DNA of 64,000 nt from assembly GCF_003704095.1 (NCBI RefSeq), contig NW_020843646.1, positions 1 through 64,000 of the forward strand, given 5' to 3'. Source of the stretch: Pocillopora damicornis. Taxonomy: Eukaryota. Numbering within the stretch: the first letter of the stretch is position 1; the number at the start of each line of letters is the position of its first letter. A program made the translations under genes and the position numbers. Positions 54,301 through 64,000 of the stretch are shown here, piece by piece. The notes below the pieces were generated by a model. The model was not told where the DNA came from. It ran no database searches and saw only the letters and a list, made by a program, of their open reading frames with translations.

Positions 54301-56715
54301 CCATTCTTACATACAGTTCCCCAACGTCCATTTCGGTATATTTCTACTCTACCCCAGTTAGAAGACGTTCCACCAACAAGACGAACTTTTAAGGGAACAC
54401 CTGAAACGAAAGAGAGATGGTCAACATGAGTGTAGTTATTCCGGTTAACCCACTTTTTAGAGTATCAAACCAACCAAACATTCCATGCTAATGGTTCACG
54501 AAAAAGTATGAAAGTCACAAGTTGTAAGAATGGATTTGGTAGCCAAACGAACACTAATAAAACAACGACATCGTATCAGAGATAGGGACGGCAACTAGAG
54601 ACAAACTAGCAAAGAAACAAACCGAAATGTTCCAAAATATTTATTTTGCAAGAGTTAATAATATATAAAAAAAAAACAAAGGTAAAAAGAAAGGTAAAGC
54701 AGGATATTTTTTCATCAAGTATAAGCTTAATGGATAGAGTGATAGGGAATTTTCTCGGGCCTTTCCTTTTATAGGGGGTGTCATTAGACATACATTTACC
54801 TTTCATTTCCACCTGAATGATACTCTTGGGTGCTGCAAAGGAGCTGAGAAATGTGCAGCGAAAGCGTGTGGCATCGGTGTCTGTGACATTTTTCAATGTG
54901 AATGCCACATCCTTACCAGGAACCATATCAAAAGTGTCCTCATTTCCAACTTTTTGGTGAAAATCATTAGCATACCCTTTAACAGCCATAATCTGCCATT
55001 CGTCGCTGTAAAGAAACTTTTCACGCTCCACAATAATTAAAGAAAAGCGATCTGCATTCGGTCTTTCCTCTTTTGTGAGGGATATTGTCCATTCCAGTGT
55101 GGCGGTTGATCCTTTGCGAACATTACTGGGTGGTGTGATGCCCCATTCAAGAGAATCTACAGGTTTGAAAAGACGGAGAGAGTCAAAAGGAAAATCGGAA
55201 GCTAATCCACGCTTATGAATTTCGTCCAAACCATGGACGTCAATTGAGGCCGTGAACGTTACACATAGACATCGATGTAACAGAGACGTACTTATCTTGT
55301 GTCTCTGTCGACAGACGTTAATACTGGTAAAGAGGTGGAAGACAACGAAATGAGATTGCTAGTGCACGCTGCGTTACAATGTTAATTTGGGGAGCACACA
55401 CTCAGATAACCAAGCGCGAGTTGTGAGGATGCGGGAATACGAAGCGATTCATTTCACTTAACTCGCATGACTTCTCGTTGATGGGCATCTGAGCCCACGT
55501 AACTAAGTTTCTGATCCTTAGGAAATTATTTCACTCTTTGGTCAAAAGTGAGCAAAAAAAAAAGTCCGTTCTCGGGTCAGAACCGAATAATTGGGTAAAC
55601 AAAATATCTTTCATTCGAAAAAGATCTCTCTGACGTACTCAACAGCTCAATGTTAATTAATCTTTAAAACCAACTGCTGTTAGGCAGGGAAGGAAACCAG
55701 ATTCGTGGAGAGTAGCGGAAATCGAGGTTAAATCTTGTGTCCTCTTTCTCGTGTTATCCTGTTGCCTGGATGTAAAGTTCAGCAATATAGTAACAGTGAC
55801 AAATTTTCAGAATTGATGGCCATCATTCCCTCTCATCAATATATTAAGCTGCAGTTGCAATATCAAAATCTTTGTTAACGTTTTAGCATTTTGACCGTTA
55901 TAATGAAGTTCAGAGAGGATTTTATCCTGCACGACAGTGCAAGGCATTTGCTTTACAAATCCGTGTTACCGGCGCAAAGCTGTCTTAAAAAAAATAATTT
56001 GTAAGCAGGATGTGAATCGTGATAAAAATACGTAACAAACAAATTAAGTCACGTAGAATTAAGTATTATTCCGCGAACATTAATTTTCGCATATCAACGC
56101 ATGACTTTGTGCGAGAGTTATCAATAAGTTTCTTGACACTTTATACAGCAGCCCGTAAATTTACAAATGAAAGGAAAGAATCCCAGGTTTTGCGTCGTCG
56201 TTGTGAGTTTGAATACTAAAACAAATGATTTGCATGAACTGGCAACTTGAACCGGTCAGCAAAAAAAATTATGAAAGTTTGTTTTCGGTGTTCATGTCAT
56301 GTTATCGTTGCATGGAATAATGTTGTCAAATTTGCACTTGAAATATTTCCCTGTAGTCGCGTATTTGTCAGCTAAATAAACATCTCTAAGTCTGCATGTA
56401 TTCCAGTTAAGCATTATTAACGGGTATGCAAATTATCTCAAAGGTCTCTTCGACGATAATAATCCCTAAATATATGAAATAGTTTATCGTAGTTTACAAC
56501 GAGTGGCGGCATCATTCGCGAAAAAATCGGCGCTAGTATTTCTAAGTTTATTCAGAACTGAAATAGTCGTTGCTCAGCACCGTTCAAAGTTATGTGGTGG
56601 ATGGTTTGGAGACGATTGTGAAAAGCACGTAAACATTTGCATACGGCATCGAAAACTTACTTGTTAATGAACTCGGTGAATACAGGAACAAAACCAGCAG
56701 GATATATACAACCAT
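44466..56715 (-). CDS. G4: paralog of G3, secreted mosaic serine protease with 6 SRCR domains
   Basis: Exons 56715-56661 (signal [18 protein letters not shown]), 55156-54800 (V), 54400-53726 (SRCR + mucin). SRCR 53456-53052, 52631-52302, 51741-51337, 50898-50569, 50069-49731. MAM 49345-49208, 48943-48702, 48116-gap. Ig gap-47818, 47695-47435, 46888-46622, 46458-46186, 45876-45610. Protease 45377-45141 and 45019-44466. Many exon lengths equal those of G3 (357, 138, 242, 261, 267, 273, 267, 237). Confidence 0.88.
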
Positions 56716-59296
56716 CGTCACTCTCGAAGAGATCGATTAAGATATAAAATCGAACTTGAGTGATAGAGATTGACATGGACAGTTGAACCTTACTTAATTC
56801 GAAATATGTCCGTTTGTGATATAAATGAGACAGTGACGTACTTATTAAGATATGAAAACACACAGGAATGTGCACACCTCTCAACAATAAACAATAGATA
56901 TGCTAAATCAGTCGCTAATGATCTATTTTCGTCACGCCAGTTTGTTTCCGGTTGATGTCGTAATCCGTTACAGATCCTTCTAGAGTAGGCGAAGTTTTCA
57001 AAGACATGGCCAAGTGTCAGTTAACCATTTTGTAAAGTATGGTGTCTTTATTCTGTAAAGTTCGAAAGAAAAAAAAAGAAATCATCGGCGGGGAAGATGT
57101 CCTAGAGTTTAACTGGCTATCACGCGCCCGTAAACTACACAGGTTTTCGCAGAACGGACGGCTTTTAAGCCGGTTGAGGAAGTAGAAAACGAGTTATTAT
57201 GAATAACACGTTAGCTTTGAGTCCGCAATGACGTTACTGGCTTGAGGAAATGGGACTTGGTTTTTAGCTCGATAGGTGATCAGTGTGACTGTATGTACTT
57301 TTTTTTCCTCGAAAACTACTGCTTTTGCTTTCTTTGTTTTTTCTCACCAAATATTGAGTAATATATCATGAAAACGATTAGGGGAAGAAGGTAATTTTTT
57401 TTAGAATGTCGGTTCGATACTACCTGTCAGTCGAAAGTAGTACGAATAATTTCTCCTAGGTTCACACTCTGAAGGAAATTTCCAAAACTCTAGGAATACG
57501 TTATTGCTTGAATGTGTAATTACTGATACATTAAACCTGTAAACAAATCCTAACGCTGCGTCGTAGTCGTTGGTTCAATATCTAAAACTGACATACAGTA
57601 CTTTGTAAAAACATTACATTAATTTTTGGGTTTAATTTGCAATTAATCTCTTATAGTTGCTGACGCAAAAGTGTGGTCTCTTGAAAACGTATCGAAGTCA
57701 CATAAGAATCGAGTTTCATCATTAGGTTTGACGTAAATATAAGGCCGCAACAAGCTTACTCACACATTCTAAATTCTAGAGAGCTAGCAAGGAAGGTTAC
57801 TGTAGGTAAATTCAAAAAACATTTTCATAGCTTTGAGTGTTTCTCTGTAGGTCGGGGTTGTTTACTTTTCGTGTAAGTTGAGGTTTTCAGGAGAAATTCT
57901 TAAGATATTTGGTTCGAACTTCCTCATCGAATTTTTCGGTTTCTCTATTGAAATTTAGACAAAACTTGCACTGCGCGGTAGAAAAATTCAGTTTATCTCT
58001 ATGTAAGCACCTGTGAAGTGTTTCTTTATTTTGTTACTCACTTAAGTTGGCCCTATTGCTGTAACATCAATATTTTCGCTTTTCTCCGTCACCCGTAAAC
58101 GAGACAATTTCTTACACCATCTCGGAGAATTAAGTAATGAAAACAGTGGAAGTAAAACTTATCCCTTGAAGAATTACATTTCCTTATGTTTCATCCCTCT
58201 GAGTTACTCTTTGTGAAGCTTCATGACTTTACGAACGTTTTGCTTGAACATGACAATTTCATAGCTGATTAAAAATCTTTCACATACGCAAGATAATAGC
58301 GAGCGATACCAATTTGCCTTACCACTGGTGTACGCATTTGCTTGAATTCTGAGCGTAAGCTCCAACTAATTTCATAAACGTCTTGCGATTCATATGGAAA
58401 TTCTCTTTCCATTCCTCTTCAGCAACCCTACCAGTAACAAAGTTTTCCCACCATCCATTGCAAAATCCGGGCTAAACAAAATAATCTTGCAGGAGAAGAG
58501 GGTTTATTGCTGAAAATTACACCATTTACCCTCGTACATCGGTTTAATTTCGCACGACCGAACAGCCTAGAAAAAGGCGTTGATGACACATCTCATAACC
58601 TTTGAAACCTATCCGATAAGTAATAATTCCCTTTCAAGATCCACGCGGCGCAGCTCCGGTCCGTTACAACAACTAACCCGGAATCAGCGTGAAAAATTAT
58701 TTGCCAAAAGCTATCAAGTTTATCTTTCTATCTATGAATCTCATTTGATTTGAGTCGTTAAGTCTGAAAGAAGGATCCATCCTTTATGAGGATTTCATAA
58801 TGTCCAAACGCCAAAAATACACAAATTCAGGATGCAATCATTTCGTAAGGAAAAACGCCACTAGTGGGCCAAACGACATTTCCAATAGGAACATACTGAA
58901 GGGACAAGTTTTGTATGGATTATTTCGCCGTCCACTTTCTATAGGGACAGCCAGGTTACACAGACGGGTACCTAGGGATTTAAAAAAAGGCACTTTATGA
59001 AAAGCAGCCTATTCGTGAATTTATACGAACGGCAAAACTCTGTGAAAAGTCTTTTTCCAAAACGTTCCAAAATAAGGGAATGTCACCGTCTAGTTCACCG
59101 CAGACTGTTTGACATTAATAACGCCTGAATTAAAATGTCAAACATTGATTAGAGTCAGAAAAACCCCCCCTTAAAACCCGAGGAGGAAGTATCAAGTAAC
59201 AGTCTGTCTATAACCTCTGCGGATAGAAAGCAAAACGATATCACAACGAACTCATAATTATTTCATTTTGGACGGCGTATAAAGGAAGCCGCTCAG

Positions 59297-62200
59297 ATGG
59301 CGGTCGTCAAACCTGTTAGGTTTTGCATGTTGCAGAATATGTACCGTTGTGTCTCTTTTTGGTTGAGTTTGGCAGCGCTGTGTCCGTCAGTATCAGGTGA
59401 GTGCTCCAGTACCACTGGCACCATGAACTTTGGAATCTTCACTAACAAATAATGAAAGGCCTCTAACAAGAACTCTTTTTCCTTTTTCAGCGATCCACTG
59501 GATAAAAAAACCTCCTGGAAACGTTAAAGGAATACTCGGCGAGAACGTTACACTTGAGTGGAATTTTACCATGTCATCCGCCAACGAAACTTTGGACTAT
59601 TTTGTTTTGTTGCGATCCATGCGATATGATATGATTAAATATAGTCACGGCAAGGGCGAAGTGATATATAAACCCTACGAGGGTAGAGTGGACATTTTGG
59701 TCGATGGAACCCCGAAATTTGTCTTATTCAATCTACAAAGAGAGGACGACAAAGTTGAGTTTTGCTTGAAAGTCTCCACAAAGAGTACAACAAATGGTGG
59801 TGGGCAGATTCATTATCCTGACCCCGAATGTGCTAAAATTGAATTATTGGGTAAGGTTTGTTTGTATCCTCTCCAATAAAACGAATCGCACGTGTAAATT
59901 TACTTACTAATTGTTTTTTCTTCCTTGTGCTGTCTAAATAATACTGTAAAATGGAATTTACTTCTTCATTGGATCGAAAGGAGATATCGTGCACACAAAA
60001 CATCTTTTCTCTTCCATGCATGTATGGACGAAAGGTCAAATTTGATTATTTGCTCCTCTATATCATATCGTTTATATCGAGTCCGTCAGGCCTATTTGTT
60101 TCACAAAAATTCAAAGGAAAAGCATTGTTCATATTCAAAACAGTATAACAAACATCCTGATAGTTTACGAATAGTATCTGATAAATCCAACGTTTTTTAA
60201 CCGGTGAAATGAGGAACAGTTTCCGTATGCTGACCAATGATGCAATAAAACAAAACGGAAGCCATGCTCCAATATTTTGAAAGATCGACTAATTAACGAA
60301 AACCAAAACTAGCAAGAGTAGAAAAAACGGCAGATCTTGGGGATGCCTAAAACGTCATTTACTTGAATTAATATTTCAGATTTCGAAGTCCACATCAAAC
60401 AATCATCATAGGGCAAACGACACAAACAATGATTTTAGAATTTACCTCATGACATTGTGGCAAAAGTGTGTTGCCTATGAGCTTCAGCATACCTTTTATT
60501 CCCTACATGTTGAGCGATGTAATAGATCAGAATACACCGTCAGTCCGATATCAATCTGTAATCGGTATCCTATCACTAGACGTTTGTTTGTTTATCTCAG
60601 GTTTTTTTCTCAACGTTATTTGAAAAATAGTTAGTTCCAGAGCGATTGCTGCACATGTGTCAGAGTTAATGAAATGGAACTCAAAACACAGTATCGGTGA
60701 CAGTCATGAAGCTCTCTTTTCTCTATAAAAATAACTAGTAGAACTGGTTAGCATTCCGAAAAAAGCCCTTTCAAGCAATATTGAAGTTTACGATGTGAAG
60801 GTGATCTTCCCATCTTATCTTATGATGTTAGGCTAAATCTGACAACCTTTCATAATGTTACTAGTGCACGTTTTTAATTTCTCCATGACCATATGGACAT
60901 TGTATGTAACGCCTGCCTGCGTCACCAGCGATAAACTAGTTTTCACGAACGTAACATGAATTCATACGAGAGCTTAGGCGCGTGGAAGTAACAAGGGGAT
61001 GACCATAACGGGCTTTTACAAGGATAAACAAACAAGCAAAAATACTGTGGTTTTAAATAGTCATTGGTAGTCATCGGATTAATTTCTTGTTTAAGTCGCT
61101 TAAGGATTGGCTTAAGCTGCACATAGATAAATTTACGCGTCATGCCAACTTCTTTTGATACACACCCGCCAGGAAGATGCACCTTCTGTTTTCTAAAACT
61201 GTGCAAAACAATGATGTTTTCCGTTTGTTTCGTTTTTTATTATTGTTATTTTTCTTTTTGAAGAACGTCCCGGAATTGTTGACATCCCGGAAAACCACAC
61301 CGTGAAATCTATTGAGGGAGAAAACGTGAGAATCAACTGCAGCACAACTGGCATACCAATTCCTAATGTTACGTGGACAAGATCAGGCAATGAAGCTAAA
61401 AACTTTCCACCATCATCTCCCCTAAAATTGAAGAATATAAGCAGAGAAGAGGACGGCTTATACTGGTGCGTGGCAGAAAATGGACTTGGTAAAGTCACTG
61501 CTTCTGTCAGGATCATTGTTCAATGTAAGTACATTTGGATACGGTAGGAAATTGGACAATTACCCTTCAAATTTAATAAAAAAATGTACAATGACTGACA
61601 TGTCATATCGATATTACATTGCGTGGTTACGACTCTCCAAGATCCACTTTTAAGTAATCAGGGGAAACTTTCAGACGTCTTGCAAACGAGGAAAACAGCG
61701 AAAAAGGACTTAACGTAGTTCAGGTTTTTAATCACAAATATCCAGCCACTAAACGTCATTGATTTTAAAGGTCTAAAAATTAGGCAATCAGGCTAGGTTG
61801 ACTAGGCAAAAAGCGTTATCTATCCAACTTCAAATTATACTGTTTTTTAGATTGCAGCAGTAGTGGCAGATAAAAACTAAAATCATGAATAAGAGTTAAG
61901 TTAACTAATTAGGATATATAAACTATAAACAGAAAATGAAAACAAACAAAGCGACACGGAAAAAATACTTACATTGATAACGCCTAGTATAACTGAAAAA
62001 TTGACTTCTAAAATAAATGACTGCGCCGAGCGCGACTTTAAGTAAACTAGAGAAAATCAATTTTGAGGTAAACTGACTTGAAGAGTGTTTACGCGTAAAA
62101 GTAAGTGGCTTTAAATACGAGAAGACTGCGAAATAACGTGCGATATGAGAAACGTGCGAAAAGGTGTAACTGACGAAGAAAAACGCTAACAAACGTAAAA

Positions 62201-63786
62201 AAAACACTAACGAGGAGGTATGAATAGAATAAAGAACGAAATAAATAAACACGAATTACACGAAAAATAACTAGCGCTTAGATCTTACAAGTCTAAAGAA
62301 GGAAATATAGATCGTAGCGTTTGAACATGACGTTTAATAAGCTTTCAAAGAGAATTCTTGATAGCTATTCTTAAGTTATGGCACCGTCTCAAGTTGTTAC
62401 TTTTTTCTTTAGACATAAGATCCCATATGAAGGCTATGGTGCACTGCTGATCAACATCTGTTAATTGAATTGATGGTGTTTAGGTGTAACGTTCTTCAAT
62501 TAACTATAGCATCTGCTTATGGTCCTTCTTATCATATGTATGATAAGATGTTATAGCCTTGATACAATCTAGACGCCTCTTCGCAGAGACCTATCAGGAA
62601 ATTACAGTAAAAGCGGTCAGATCCACTAATACACGAGGCCTACAGAGATGAAACAAAGGAGGAAGTAAGCCCAAATGCCTCTTCTATCTTTTATTGTATC
62701 TCATATTGATCTTTTAAACTGAAATTTACTCATGTTTTAGTTCCACCGTCAATAGAGGATATTACCCCTGATACCACTGTAAATGAGACTGATAATGTCA
62801 CTTTGGTCTGTAACTCAACTGGAAACCCTGTTCCAAATATTACGTGGGTATTTCTGGATGACTTGGATGCGAAGAGCATTGGAACTCAAGAGTCTTTAAC
62901 CTTGTCTCATGTTAAGAGAAACCAATCAGGAACGTATGGGTGTCGTGCAGACAATGGTGTGATGAGACCAATAAACGCCAGTGTACATGTTACGATAAAC
63001 TGTGAGTCAAAAGAAAACCTTGAATCAACCACTAAAATACATTTGTGAACTAATCTAATACTACTGAAACTTTCAAAGAATTTCATGTAAGTTTGGGGAA
63101 CTACTCGATGAAAGTCAATTGAATATAGTTCATGTTTCTTATAAGTACTTGACGACGTCTAGTGTATAGACGAAGTAACTTGTACTATTGAGAAAAATTT
63201 TTAAAATGTACACAAAAAAGCTCGTAAGTATAAAGATCCGTAACGCTCCATGATTGGTCTAAAAAACTCGCACCATCCTCTCAAGAGTAAAATGCAAAAT
63301 CAAAACCCACGGTGACTTAGTCACAGGCGCTCTTTCGAACTTTGTTTTTCTTAAACTTCTTTGAGGCTCCTTGTTCCCCTTGGTGGTGACTTTCTGTTAT
63401 GAACACTTATCTTGTGGTTTTCGGTTACTCATTCATCTCAAAGCTATGCATTTATTTCACTTCATTTCTGACGCAGGCTGGAAAAGACGGAAAAGAAGAA
63501 CAATATGTTTCTTAACTTCTCTCCGTAGATTCCCCAACTATTGACACCAGACCCATCAGTCAAGCAGTAATTAAGTCTAATAACCTAGAGCTTTTCTGTA
63601 ACGCCACTGGGCATCCAACACCTCAAATCACGTGGTACAAGGTAGCGGGCCCTTCAGTGGCACTCTCAGTTGGCACAATCCTCAACGTGATGAATATGAA
63701 CATGACTGATTCTGGAGTTTACCAGTGCAGAGCCAGTAACGGAATTGGAATTGATGCGTTCGCTTCAGCCAATGTGACAGTCAATA
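59297..63786 (+). CDS. G5: atypical V-Ig plus I-set Ig protein, 3'-partial
   Basis: Signal exon 59297-59396 (start ATG uncertain; two further in-frame ATGs), V 59491-59850, Ig 61264-61524, 62741-63001, 63529-63786. All phase-1; the gene continues beyond the window. Confidence 0.82.
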
Positions 63787-64000
63787 GTGAGTTGAAATTA
63801 ATGCAAGACCTTAAAAAATGTGACAAAGATGTCAACTTTTTTCCCATAAGGAGTCTTGCTAAAATCTGATTGACCAAATTTTTGGTCCTTTTCTTTAACG
63901 ATCCTTTTTTTTCATAATGTCCTTGAGCCCTTCAGTAGTCTCGTCAACAAGAGTAAAAGTAAACCTGGTATTATTTCAAACGAGGTGACCATGGCCTAGT

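Noticed and set aside
31258-56715. Naming G3/G4 as neurotrypsin (PRSS12), enteropeptidase or DMBT1
   Set aside because: No kringle, LDLa, CUB, ZP or signal-anchor; Asp189 is absent
61923-62252. 109-aa minus-strand hydrophobic ORF
   Set aside because: Product of A-rich low-complexity intronic sequence; no recognisable domain

Overview
AT-rich, intron-containing animal DNA, most consistent with a stony coral or other anthozoan (inferred from repeat motifs and domain repertoire, not confirmed). I reconstructed five multi-exon immunoglobulin-superfamily genes in alternating orientation (G1> <G2 G3> <G4 G5>), using splice sites with consistent reading phases. G1 (+, 5'-partial, 85-22512) is a type I membrane protein with about 20 tandem Ig exons, EGF, SEA-like, TM and a PDZ-type tail. 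G2 (-, 24352-29309) is a small V+I Ig receptor with a TM and triplicated 54-nt cytoplasmic exons. G3 (+, 31258-41579) and G4 (-, 44466-56715) are tail-to-tail paralogous secreted mosaic proteases: signal peptide, atypical V-Ig, SRCR plus mucin stalk, further SRCRs (2 vs 6 in total), MAM, an Ig array (7 in G3) and an S1 serine protease with an unusual Gln|Ile activation site and a Gly189 pocket. G5 (+, 59297 onward, 3'-partial) has an atypical V-Ig followed by I-set Igs. The window also holds a frameshifted pseudo-exon, collapsed tandem duplications at assembly gaps, a decayed Gly-X-Y-like 18-bp minisatellite replacing an Ig exon, hammerhead-like palindromic repeats, a LINE fragment, and SINE/MITE-like repeats. 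The best candidate for a novel system is an immune or allorecognition-like cluster in which receptors and secreted proteases share a related N-terminal V-domain. All gene models are manual and lack transcript support.
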